Below are positions 12,901 to 24,345 of a stretch of DNA of 64,000 nucleotides, one piece after another. Origin of the DNA: Macrostomum lignano (lineage: Eukaryota); contig NIVC01000176.1 of NCBI GenBank assembly GCA_002269645.1, positions 496,001-560,000 on the forward strand. The letters are read 5' to 3'. Every line of letters starts with the position of its first letter. The first letter of the stretch is position 1. The translations under genes were made by a program, and so were the position numbers. Under the pieces are notes generated by a model. It was not told the origin of the DNA. It saw only the letters and a list, made by a program, of their open reading frames with translations, and ran no database searches.

Positions 12901-15433
12901 TTTATGTTTGACATGGTGGCTCTTTCATATTTTGCATAGTGGCTCTTTAATGTTTGGCACTTTGGCATGGTGGCTCTTTTATGTTTAGCATGGTGGCTCT
13001 TTTATGTCTGACATGGTGGCTCTTTTATGTTTGATATGGTGGCTCTTTTATTTTTGACATGATGGCTCTTTTATATTTGACATGGTGACTCTATGTCTGA
13101 CATGGTGCCACTTTTATGTTTGACATGGTGCCATTTTTGATGTTTGACATTTTGCTTGTTTTATGTTTAGCATTTTGTGTTTTAAGGTGTTTTTAAAAAA
13201 ATGATTTTGCACTACTAAGATTTGAACCCAGGTCACTACATTAGTAGCCTAGTCTATTCACATCTAGGCTATCTCATTTCAATAAGAGTTTGGCTTTGGC
13301 TTTTGCCAAAAAAATTTGGCTTGACCTTTGCAAAAAAGCATGTTTTTTTTAATATTTAATCCCTTTAACATTGAGCAATTTCTTAGCCAGGATGCATGTA
13401 CCATCCAAGGAAAATTTCTGATCGAATGGTGCAAGTTTGAAGAAAATTGGTTGAGCTAATTTTTCTAAAATCTATCGCATACCCACAGACAACTCATTCT
13501 TAGTATATAGGATAGGACTATTTTATCATATCAATAAATTGACATAAGACTTAAACAAAATTTGAGTTGAATTTTAGCTGATCATATTCTTAAAAATTTT
13601 AAGATCCCAAAATTCCCAACCTTTAAAATAGGAGTAGAGAATAGGTTGTTTGATTCAAAATTTGTAGAATGAATCATTACTTGACTATATTTTGTTTTAA
13701 CTTATATTTGTTACATAATTACCCTATTTATTATTAGCTTATCACAATCAATCAATATTTATATATTTCAATTTTAATAGCTGATATTTTTGTCTATATC
13801 ATTGTATATCTCTTCTCTACAACTCTATATAGACCTACAAACTGTAGCACATTGAAAGATCTGATCCCAATTTTAAACCTACAAAAAAAGTATTCCCAAA
13901 CCTGCCCAATCACTTTAATCTTATCTACCTCTAGCACTTACTAATAGTATTGGGCAGGTTTGTTCCTAGTTATCAATGTGTCATTGTAGAAATTAAAAAA
14001 CAATTTTGGTTCCAAGAAAAATAACTTCTGGCATCTGTTTCAAAAGTAACTATTGGTACTTCGGTACTTCTATTAGTATTACTAATCCTTTCTAGTTTTA
14101 AAGAACTGCCAATTAAAAGTATTTAAATAAATATTTCATTGTTTAAGCTTGTTGTTAAGCCAGGATATATTTGTTTGAATGTCTTTTTGCATTAGTTGGG
14201 TTATGCAAAATAATTTATAAGCAGAAGAAACAATAATGCATAAAAAATACTTTGTGGATCCTCATAGAAAATTTAATTGCACACTCTTAATTTTGGCATC
14301 ACAAGGTTAAGTTCATAGCTTATCAAAGCCTAAGTTAGTTAATCTTTTTTATATTTCACCAGAGCTATCATTCTATAACCTTATTCAAGTAAATACCAAT
14401 AATTCTTTTATTCATGATTTTATAATTTTTTAATTATGCAAATAACTTAAAAAGCAAAAACCATATAATTTATAATTTATTTTTTAATAATTCTTTTTTA
14501 AAGTTTTGTTTTTTATGGATATATTCAGTGCTAAATTGGCAGTTAAGCACCTAACCTAAGTTTTCTTTCTCAATTACTGGATATTACTATCTGGTTCCTA
14601 GTCATTTTGTCATCTGGGTGTCTGGGGTGCTCACCTCGACTATGGTCACTTCGTCATCTTAATTACCATGCACTAACTGAAGAGAGTCATTTTGTCATCC
14701 ACCAATAATATTAGTGAATTATTGTGGCAATTAAATATATTTACTTGGAATCCTAATGATCCCAATCATTTTGTCATCTTGATTGATAAAACCTGTCAAT
14801 AGATTGGTTCTGCTTGCCGTAGCTTTTAGTTATTAAACAAAAAATAGTGTTAGTTTACACTAACTCAAATCATGCATAGATTAATTGGTTGATGACAAAG
14901 TATCCAGTATAACTAAATATTTGGTCACTTTGTCATATTATTTTTCAAGCTTCTTTGCTTCTGGTCACTTTGTCATCCGATATGATGAAATGGAATATGA
15001 CGATCTGACCAGTGACCTACTGTGTGTATTAGACTTATCAAAAATTAATTTTCATTACCTAAGTGACTGCTAATGCTAAGTCTGGCATTCTAAAAAATGA
15101 ACCAAAAAGTGCCACTTAAAGAAATAGTAACTTCTGGTACTAAAAGTGCCAGAAGTGCTAAAACTTTGCCCAACACTTCCCACTGGCCACCACTCCATGC
15201 AGTGGCAGATCCAGGATTTTTAAGTTGGGGCGGTGGGGGGGGGGGCAGATTGGCCCAACTTTTTAGGCTGGCCAAAAATAAGCTCCAAATAAGATTAAAA
15301 TTACAATACTCCCCCCTCATATGGCATATGCAAGTTTAGCCACGGCACAAGAGGGGATGGTTTAAGAAAACTTACTTGGATCAAGCTTTAATATTTCTAA
15401 AGCTTTAGCTTTCGAATGAACCATTTGTGTCAT
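3976..15433 (-). CDS. TTC31-like multidomain protein (~677 aa): N-terminal J-like domain (HPE), acidic tract, coiled coil, polyQ, 3 TPRs, UBA, C-terminal RRM
   Basis: Hand-spliced exons, all GT-AG and phase-compatible: 15433-15376, 10660-10557, 10471-10342, 10247-10209, 10100-9985, 8995-8738, 8515-7973, 7063-6710, 4407-3976 (2034 nt, stop TGA at 3978-3976). Recognisable motifs: ALEILKLDPNALLTPADIKAAYKNQAIQLHPER...SKFRLLTLAFKKL (DnaJ-like); EAEKNANELIEAEEQRK...KKRKKREKK and ENFDSNSAFV (TTC31-like); NAISLNPTDCRYYGSRAAC...ARGFYMRGLA (TPR); LESMGFTAARCEEALNRNNGNMQLAADWL (UBA); LWVGNV...CAFVNM...LNGQAVGSRRLLVKF (RRM). Confidence 0.85.
4485..6680. repeat. 18-bp minisatellite (TCTTCACAAACTATAGAA) filling intron 8 of the TTC31-like gene
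   Basis: About 120 tandem copies. Variant blocks (CAGACTATGG...CAGACGATAC) recur at multiples of 18 bp. Confidence 0.98.
7085..7885. repeat. 30/34-bp minisatellite (CTCTAACCTTCAGGTGCTTCAGTGGGTTG[TCTG]C) in intron 7
   Basis: Direct tandem copies. 34-bp units dominate on the left and 30-bp units on the right. Confidence 0.97.
9022..9917. repeat. 31-33-bp minisatellite (GGAGAGGCAGATTCTCAAGCACTGAGGGAAT) in intron 5
   Basis: Direct tandem copies with an invariant core GCAGATTCTCAAGCACTGAG. Confidence 0.97.
10747..10892. mobile_element. 146-bp near-perfect palindrome (MITE-like/foldback)
   Basis: Arms of ~63 bp (GCGCAACCTTGGGAATCACCCGGCCGTTTCTATTGGCAACACACACATGTAAGTCGCTATTGG versus the reverse complement of 10830-10892) with 3 mismatches. 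No clear TSD. Confidence 0.75.
11665..12100. repeat. Degenerate ~18-20-bp minisatellite (AGATAGCAAGCATCCCC)
   Basis: Recurrent TAGCAAGCAT core in intron 1 of the TTC31-like gene. Confidence 0.9.
12200..13150. repeat. Degenerate ~23-bp minisatellite (TGTTTGACATGGTGGCTCTTTTA)
   Basis: Recurrent GACATGGTGGCTCTT core. Confidence 0.92.
13210..13515. mobile_element. Possible tRNA-like SINE head (minus strand, ~13215-13275) next to a non-autonomous Helitron/Helentron-like tail
   Basis: The minus strand reads TAGCCTAGATGTG...GGGTTCAAATC (A/B-box-like). The plus strand ends ...CGCATACCCACAGACAACTCATTCTTAGTATATAG, which resembles HINE/Lep1-type ends. Pattern resemblance only. Confidence 0.3.
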
Positions 15434-16575
15434 TGTAGAAATTAAAAAACAAGAAACAGTTGAAGCGAAGGTAAAATTTGATACGCTTTAACTGCAACAC
15501 AACATACCGATTAAAAATTCTTAGTTTTGCAAATACCTCGCTACTTTATATTGTCTAAATTAGGAAATAACAATATTGACCTTCAAACTTCCTTCAAAAA
15601 AGTTCACTAATTCGTAAGTTTAAAAAACGTAATACTTTTGTGCAGTGGATATCAACAAATGCAGTCTTTAAAAATAGTGGGATTTTTTTACGGTTGTGCA
15701 AACAGTTATATAAAGCATAATAAATCATTTACCAAAAATATTTTTAATAAAAATGCTAATGACTTAGCTTTATTAGATTCGAGGGCTTATTTAAAATTTT
15801 TACAATACTCGAATTTTCTAACCCTTAAGCCAAGCCTGTAAGCCAGGAACCTGGAGTGCATTCTTTTTTAATAGTTTAAATCTGATTATTGCTTATCTCT
15901 TTCTAGGTGAGCGGGGTAGCTTTCACATCAAAGAACTGAGCTTTGCTGCTCCCTGCAGCATACGTTATTCCTGATTCAGGATCAATCAATGCTCAGCTCA
16001 ATTAGTGATTAGTGCTGTAAGGACTAGTGGTGGCTAAAGTTACAGGACAGGGTATTTTGCGAAAAAAGGGTAAGATGTTTTTGAATTTGTGCTTTTATTT
16101 GGATGATTGTCCTGCAAAAGCAATGCCCTATTGTCTGAAAAAAATTACTACACACTCGTTTCTCTTCTTACCGTTAAGATAAATCAACAACAGTCCAACG
16201 CATTTCGGTTTTCAAGCCGTAGCTAGCTACAAATATTATACAATTCTTATTAAGGACTTAGTCAAACAGACTAAGAACGAGACTCTAATAATATATTCAC
16301 TGTGATCGCTTGATACAGGTAATGGGAACTTCTGCAAGCCTTGAAAAAGGCGAACCTTTGCCGCCGTCTGTTGATAGATCAAGAATAAGGTAGGCTAATT
16401 TTTCTATAGCTATTTGTACTGCATACATTGGGTTTCCGTTTGTAAAAAAATAAATCGATTTACGAAAATTTATGCTACTAATTTGCGCCGCCTGTCTTGC
16501 CAATTTGCAATTAGGTGCTAAGCTTTCACTTATTTTGTTGTAGAAATGATTCAAAACTTAGGACAACCAGCAGCG

Positions 16576-19500
16576 ATGGTCGTACGAATGAATCTGTAAG
16601 CCTTCTTATCCTTTAATTAAAAAACATTTATTCATTAAGTTGAAAATACATATTTCGAAAAAAAACTTGTTGATTAATTTGATGCTTTTTTAAGGATGAG
16701 TCTCGAAATTATTCAACAGCAACAGCAGCCTCACATCCAGCAGGCCTCCGAGCAGCTCCAGACACTGGCTAGACCCCATCGGGGCTGGCCGCCAGTGCTG
16801 GACTGTCAGGCGTGGGGTGGAAGGTCCGTTGGCCACGGACACGAAAGCTGGAATTCCGGCCCCTCTGCTGGGGTTGACCCTGGTGGACCTGGTGGCAGGC
16901 TCACCGACATGCCCTCTGCACACTCACGCGGCGACGCGGTGGTGCAAGGCCCCTGTCCTATGGTGAGCGGGGCATTGACGGCTGGCTGTGCCATGTTGCA
17001 GTCAGACCGTTCCCGTAGGCCCATTGACCAGGTGACCCAGCGGGGCCGGCATCAACAACAACAACAACAGCAACAGCAGCGGGCGCGTGGACAGCAGATG
17101 ACCCACAGCAGCAGGAACATCTGCGAGCATTGAATACGGTATGGGTTAATTATAACAGTTTATTATATTGTTTAAATCTTCGGTTATAAGTTATTGCATA
17201 CATAATCACTGCGAATACCACTGTTAAAACACATTCAAAACGGTAGCTACTTTTTGAGTAGAGAACGAGGAATGCAGGATAGCTACTCACTGGTTAGAAG
17301 AGAACAGGGAATGCAGGATAGCTACTCACTGGTTAGAAGAGAACAGGGAATGCAGGATAGCTACTCACTGGTTAGAAGAGAACAGGGAATGCAGGATAGC
17401 TACTCACTGGTTAGAAGAGAACAGGGAATGCAGGATAGCTACTCACTGGTTAGAAGAGAACAGGGAATGCAGGATAGCTACTCACTGGTTAGAAGAGAAC
17501 AGGGAATGCAGGATAGCTACTCACTGGTTAGAAGAGAACAGGGAATGCAGGATAGCTACTCACTGGTTAGAAGAGAACAGGGAATGCAGGATAGCTACTC
17601 ACTGGTTAGAAGAGAACAGGGAATGCAGGATAGCTACTCACTGGTTAGAAGAGAACAGGGAATGCAGGATAGCTACTCACTGGTTAGAAGAGAACAGGGA
17701 ATGCAGGATAGCTACTCACTGGTTAGAAGAGAACAGGGAATGCAGGATAGCTACTCACTGGTGGTAGAAAACAGGGAATGCAGGATAGCTACTCACTGGT
17801 TAGAAGAGAACAGGGAATGCAGGATAGCTACTCACTGGTTAGAAGAGAACAGGGAATGCAGGATAGCTACTCACTGGTGGTAGAGAACAGGGAATGCAGG
17901 ATAGCTACTCACTGGTGGTACAGAACATGGAATGCAGGATAGCTACTCACTAGTGCAGTAGAGAACCGGGAATGCGGGATAGCTACTCACTGGTTAGAAG
18001 AGAACAGGGAATGCAGGATAGCTACTCACTAGTGCAGTAGAGAACCGGGAATGCAGGATAGCTACTCATTGGTGGTAGAGAACAGGGAATGCAGGATAGC
18101 TACTCACTGGTGGTAGATAACAGGGAATGCAGGATAGCTACTCACTGGTGGTAGAGAACATGGAATGCAGGATAGCTACTCACTGGTGGTAGAGAACATG
18201 GAATGCAGGATAGCTACTCACTGGTGGTAGAGAACATGGAATGCAGGATAGCTACTCACTGGTGGTAGAGAACAGGGAATGCAGGATAGCTACTCACTGG
18301 TGGTAGAGAACAGAGAATGCAGGATAGCTACTCACTGGTTAGAAGAGAACAGGGAATGCAGGATAGCTACTCACTGGCGTATCACTACTAGTGGGGGGTA
18401 TTTTGGGAAGATTCCCCTTGTCAGCACTAATCCTATTCATCTCGGTCAGATCCAGCGCCAGCAGGAAGAGCTGTCAGACTTGGCCAGCCAGTTGCGGAGA
18501 CGCGATGAAGAGCTCCGGCTGATTCGAGACTTGCGCACCCGAGAGGAGCCGGCCACGCCGGACGAGAGCCTCCGACTGCGCGACCTGCGCATCCGTCAGC
18601 TTGAGGAGGCCGCAGCCAAGGAGCGAGCGGAAGCGGCGAAACAGGTGAGCTCTCTTTGGCCACTCCAATCGGCCCTAATCCATTGGGTTCCTCGGACACC
18701 CAAATTTTTCCCCCTCGGACACCCGAATTCCTACCTCTCGGACACCTAAAATCCTCCTCTTTGACACCCAAATTCCTCCACTTCGGACACCCAAATTCCT
18801 CCCTCTCGGACACCCAAATTCCTCCTTTTTCGGACACCCAAATTCCTCCCCTTCGACACCCAAATTCCTCCCTCTCGGACACCCGAATTCCTCCCCTTCG
18901 ACACCCAAATTCCTCCTTTTTCGGACACCCAAATTCCTCCCCTTCGACACCCAAATTCCTCCCTCTCGGACACCCAAATTCCTCCTTTTTCGGACACCCA
19001 AATTCCTCCCCTTCGACACCCAAATTCCTCCCTCTCGGACACCCAAATTCCTCCCCTTCGACACCCAAATTCCTCCTTTTTCGGACACTCAAATTCCTCC
19101 CCTTCGACACCCAAATTCCTCCTTTTTCGGACACCCAAATTCCTCCCCTTCGACACCCAAATTCCTCCCTCTCGGACACCCAAATTCCTCCTTTTTCGGA
19201 CACCCAAATTCCTCCCCTTCGACACCCAAATTCCTCCCCTTCGGACACCCGAATTCCTCCCCTTCGACACCCAAATTCCTCCCCTTCGGACACCCGAATT
19301 CCTCCCCTTCGACACCCGAATTCCTCCCCTTCGACACCCAAATTCCTCCTTTTTCGGACACCCAAATTCCTCCCCTTCGACACCCAAATTCCTCCCTCTC
19401 GGACACCCAAATTCCTCCTTTTTCGGACACCCAAATTCCTCCCCTTCGACACCCAAATTCCTCCCCTTCGACACCCAAATTTCTCCCCTTCGACACCCAA

Positions 19501-22500
19501 ATTCCTCCCTTTCGGACACCCGAATTCCTCCCCTTCGACACCCAAATTCCTCCCCTTCGGACACCCGAATTCCTCCCCTTCGACACCCAGATTCCTCCCC
19601 TTCGGACACCCGAATTCCTCCCCTTCGACACCCAAATTCCTCCCCTTCGGACACCCGAATTCCTCCCCTTCGACACCCAAATTCCTCCCCTTCGGACACT
19701 CGAATTCCTCCCCTTCGACACCCAAATTTTTCCCCTTCGGACACCCAAATTCCTCCTTTTTCGGACACCCAAATTCCTCCCCTTCGGACACCCAAGTTCC
19801 TCCCTCTCGGACACCCGAATTCCTCCCCTTCGACACCCAAATTCCTCCCCTTCGGACACCCGAATTCCTCCCCTTCGGACACCCGAATTCCTCCCCTTCG
19901 GACACCCAAATTCCTCCTTTTTCGGACACCCAAATTCCTCCCCTTCGGACACCCAAGTTCCTCCCTCTCGGACACCCGAATTCCTCCCCTTCGACACCCA
20001 AATTCCTCCCCTTCGGACACCCGAATTCCTCCCCTTCGGACACCCGAATTCCTCCCCTTCGACACCCAAATTCCTCCTTTTTCGGACACCCAAATTCCTC
20101 CCCTTCGGACACCCAAGTTCCTCCCTCTCGGACACCCGAATTCCTCCCCTTCGACACCCAAATTCCTCCCCTTCGGACACCCGAATTCCTCCCCTTCGAC
20201 ACCCAAATTCCTCCCCTTCGGACACCCGAATTCCTCCCCTTCGACACCCAAATTCCTCCCCTTCGGACACCCGAATTCCTCCCCTTCGACACCCAAATTC
20301 CTCCCCTTCGGACACCCGAATTCCTCCCCTTCGACACCCAAATTCCTCCCCTTCGACACCCAAATTTTTCCCCTTCGGACACCCAAATTCCTCCTTTTTC
20401 GGACACCCAAATTCCTCCCCTTCGGACACCCAAATTCCTCCCCTTCGACACCCAAATTTTTCCCCTTCGGACACCCAAATTCCTCCTTTTTCGGACACCC
20501 AAATTCCTCCCCTTCGGACACCCAAGTTCCTCCCCTTCGACACCCGAATTCCTCCCTCTCGGACACCCAAATTTTTCCCCTTCGGACACCCGAATTCCTC
20601 CTTTTTCGGACACCCAAATTCCTCCCCTTCGGACACCCAAATTCCTCCCCTTCGACACCCAAATTCCTCCCCTTCGGACACCCGAATTCCTCCCCTTCGA
20701 CACCCAAATTTTTCCCCTTCGGACACCCAAATTCCTCCTTTTTCGGACACCCAAATTCCTCCCCTTCGGACACCCAAGTTCCTCCCTCTCGGACACCCGA
20801 ATTCCTCCCCTTCGACACCCAAATTCCTCCCCTTCGGACACCCGAATTCCTCCCCTTCGGACACCCGAATTCCTCCCCTTCGGACACCCAAATTCCTCCT
20901 TTTTCGGACACCCAAATTCCTCCCCTTCGGACACCCAAGTTCCTCCCTCTCGGACACCCAAATTCCTCCCTCTCGGAAACCCAAATTCCTCCCCTTCGGA
21001 CGCCGAAATTCCTCCGTTTCGGACACCCGAGTTTCTTCCCTTGTAGACACGAATTCCTTCCCTCGGACACCCGAATTCCTTCCCTCGGACACCCAAATCG
21101 CATCCCTTTCTGACATCCCAATTGACTCTCCTCGGACACCAAAATCGGTCACAATAATCCTGTCCTAATCTGTTCAGAATCACCTGAAGGGCGCAATTTC
21201 ACTTTGCAATTCCGCAGAAATCTCGTCACAAAAAGAAAATTCGAGAATTAGTTGGCCAAGTGGCTGAACTGCGACAATCGACCACTATCCGCATCATGGA
21301 GCTGCGACAGGAGGTGCACCAGCTTAACCTGGAGAACAGACAGCTCAAAGGTGACGCCTTTTTGCATCGTTGACATCATGCAGCTAACGCATGTAAACTT
21401 GTAAAGTCTTCGATCGAGCTAGTAGGTGTTGGGTTGGATTTTTTAAAGCACGGGTCGGCAACCTTTTTAACTTAAGAGCCATGCAGATATACTGTAGAAG
21501 AGGGGAGGGGAGAGAAGAGAGGGTGGAGATGAGAGAGGAGGGGAGATAGGAGAGAAAGTGGAGATGAGAGGAGGAGAGGGGAGAGAAGAGAGAGGAGGGC
21601 AGAGTTGAGAGACGAGGGAGAGAGAAGAGAAAGGAGATGAGAGAGGAGGGGAGAGAGGAGGTGAGAGAGGAGAGAGGAGATGAGAGAGGAGAGAAGAGAA
21701 GAGAGAGGAGAGGAGGGGACAGTAGAAAAAAAGAAAAGAGAGCTGAGAAGAGACAAATCTGAGCAGGCCGGTTTGCTATTGTCAATTTTTAAGGACCCTG
21801 AGGGCCAGATAGCCGACCCCTGTTTTAAAGCATCTAAGTCACAGTGAATCCAGAATGCCAAGTCAAAAACCAGGCTGCCAGCTGGCATCAAGTGAAAGTT
21901 CAAAATCAAATAAAATAGCAGCATCTCTCTCTACCCCTACCCTTTCCCCTCCTATGCCTCTCTGACCCACGGAATTTACAAAAGTCTGCAAACAGGGGGG
22001 GGGGCGCAGATTGCTAGTCTTTTACCACTAACTCGTATCTAACCTACAGAGCGACTAGGCCTGTCAGAGACGGCCCTCGTGTCCGTGACGAGCCCGCGGC
22101 CGCCAGCTGGAGCCGCCGCCAACCCTGACAATGCCGGCAATGGTAAAAACAACAACAGCGGCAGCAAGTCGTTAATCGTTGAGTTATCAACGCAGCTAAG
22201 CGACCAAGCCGAAGAGATACGCCGGCTGCGCACGCAACTGCGAGACAGCGAGGCTCGTCTGGCGCAGCTGGCACCAGCAGCCGCAGCAACGGCTCCCGAA
22301 GCTGCTGGCGCCAATAGCAACCAGCGGCAACCGCAACAGAAGCAGCGAAAGTCCAACGCCGCAGCGGTACCGCTTGTAGCCGAGGAGCCAAAATCGCCAG
22401 CCAACAAGCCGCCGCTGCTCACCTCGGAGCTCAGCTTCGTCTCTCAAGCATCGACAGATGTGGATGGGCAATCTTCCCAGCTACGTCAGCCTGGCGACAC

Positions 22501-22672
22501 AGACTCGGTGTACTCGGACGACACTTTGCTCTACGTTGAGATGCAGCACCAGCAGCAGCATCAGTACCAGCTCAGTTCAGCGAGTGCGACCGCGCCAGCC
22601 AGCGGCGGCAAAAGCGGCATTATCTTTGATTCGTATAAGCAGAGAACGATCGACAAACTGCTGCAAGACTGA
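16576..22672 (+). CDS. Coiled-coil protein (weak resemblance to the CCDC62 N-terminal coil); 5' exons uncertain
   Basis: Well-supported phase-compatible exons: 17032-17138, 18450-18644 (IQRQQEELSDLASQLRRRDEELRLIR), 21218-21350 (KSRHKKKIRELVGQVAELRQ...LENRQLK) and 22050-22672 (stop TGA). Candidate upstream exons: 16576-16595, 16695-~16809 and 16899-16962. Joining these needs an unverified GC donor at 16810. Confidence 0.7.
17255..18378. repeat. 38/39-bp intronic minisatellite (AGAGAACAGGGAATGCAGGATAGCTACTCACTGGTTAGA)
   Basis: Near-identical 39-bp copies on the left and 38-bp variants on the right. Confidence 0.98.
18690..21140. repeat. C-rich 21-23-bp intronic minisatellite (TCGGACACCCAAATTCCTCCCCT)
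   Basis: More than 100 tandem copies with T(C)GG/TCG and CCCCT/CTTTTT variants. Confidence 0.98.
21449..21822. mobile_element. hAT-type MITE with 8-bp TSD
   Basis: Ends are CACGGGTCGGCAACC...TAGCCGACCCCTG. An identical TTTTAAAG flanks both sides (21441-21448 and 21823-21830). The interior is a GA-rich tract. Confidence 0.85.
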
Positions 22673-23204
22673 CAAGCTGTCTTTAAAGCGTCCTTCTCCA
22701 CGCCCCGTCTTCTAAAAGTAATTTGCTCGATCATCTTAACCTCCGGTGAACGCTAGAACACAGGGGAACAGGCGATGGATGGGTTTAAACCAAGACCGCT
22801 CGGAGCAAGTACTCGCACAGGTTCGTGATTCACACCATCATCATTAGATGAGGCAACTTCTTTTTAGCGTGATATACCACGATTTCTATACATAATTGTT
22901 CGTCGTCATTAAAACTGGTTTTTGTGCTTTGCACCCAGAAATTGTCATTCAAAGATTCGATGAAATTAGATATGGACGTGAAGTTCTTAAACAGGTTAAT
23001 TAGAAATCCCAATAATTAAGGCGAAGTCATACGCCAGCCATAATTAATCGTGAACGATAATGACTCAATATGTGCAAATTCGGAGCTCTCTCAAGTTTAA
23101 CAAAGCAGATTGTTTCATAATTGAATTCCTCTTTAAAAACGTGTTGTAATTTTAGACAGCATCGTTTTTTTTTAAATCGTGTCTACAAGCGTATAGAATT
23201 TTAT

Positions 23205-23274
23205 ATTGGCGGACACGGGATTTTTCCCCAGGGGTCAGACGACCCCTTGACCTTCCTGCCTGGTTCCGCCAGTG
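23205..23274. mobile_element. ~70-bp degenerate mini-MITE (CAGTGGCGGA-type ends)
   Basis: ATTGGCGGACACGGG...CCTGGTTCCGCCAGTG are imperfect inverted ends. A related left end, CAGTGGCAGATCCAGGATTTTT, lies at ~15200. Confidence 0.35.
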
Positions 23275-24345
23275 GATGTATATATTCTAAATCGGCCCAG
23301 ATGTGTTAGTTTTCCTTACAGCCTGCACTTTTTGTACAAAATATGCACTTAAACCATTTGTTTACCTGTTACGTGGGGTTCTAGCTGATTGGCAATAGCA
23401 GTAAAAGTTTACCTGCTCAACATCTGATTTCATTCATTTATTTATAAGCCCATAAATCCGCACATTTGTACGAGCCGTACATAGTTTGCTTTTGCTAATA
23501 AATAATAGAATCGAAATTACTGAAATATGCGTTTGTGTGTGCGTGTTTGCAGGCGACGGGTACGTAATAAGCGTTAATACCGTTTTGACGTTTTTTGATT
23601 TATATTTTTTTCGATAATGATCATTACTTGGATGGATTAGAAAATGCAAAAAGCAACAACGAACCATGGCTGATAATAGGCAAAAGCATACTCTTAACTA
23701 TGTGGCGTTTCATTGCGAAAAATTGTTACTGTACAAAAATGAAGACAAAAATAAATTGGGTTTTTATGATAGTTGAAACAAAATTGCACAAAGTATGGGA
23801 CACGACAATTGACGAATTAGGTTAGGGCTTTAGGAATTAGGGTTACTAGGGTTGTCATTATTTTATAAGCTCTCTGTGCGAATCTCTAAATTTGGACTGT
23901 ATGTGGTAGCCTTGAAGTTAACGGTAAAGGCAGAGGAGTGCATTAATTAGGGCAAACATGTTGGATAAAGAAATATAGCCAAAAATATATAGTTCTCTAA
24001 TTTATACAAAAAATATAGTCAATATGTTTGACAAGCAAATGAACTCAATGAGCACGAGCAGGCAGATGAATGCGATTGGAAAACTGGACAAGTGCCGAAG
24101 ACTAATTCGAATAATTGCTTGTGCAGTATTACCAAGCAGCATGCTAAACGACTGTACAAATTACAGTGAAGGCATGGCTATAAAGTACAATTACGAGTAA
24201 TTATCCGACAATATGTGTTTGAAGCCCGAATCCGAAAGTTGAAGACAAACTAAACAACAATTATATAACCATATAGAGTGATTCCGATTATACTTTCCAA
24301 CAAAAGTTCAACAGGAAAATGGATAAGCAAAATAAGAAGTTGGCT

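Noticed and set aside
18433-21183. 700-900 aa ORFs on both strands
   Set aside because: Stop-free intronic minisatellite between two phase-matched exons.
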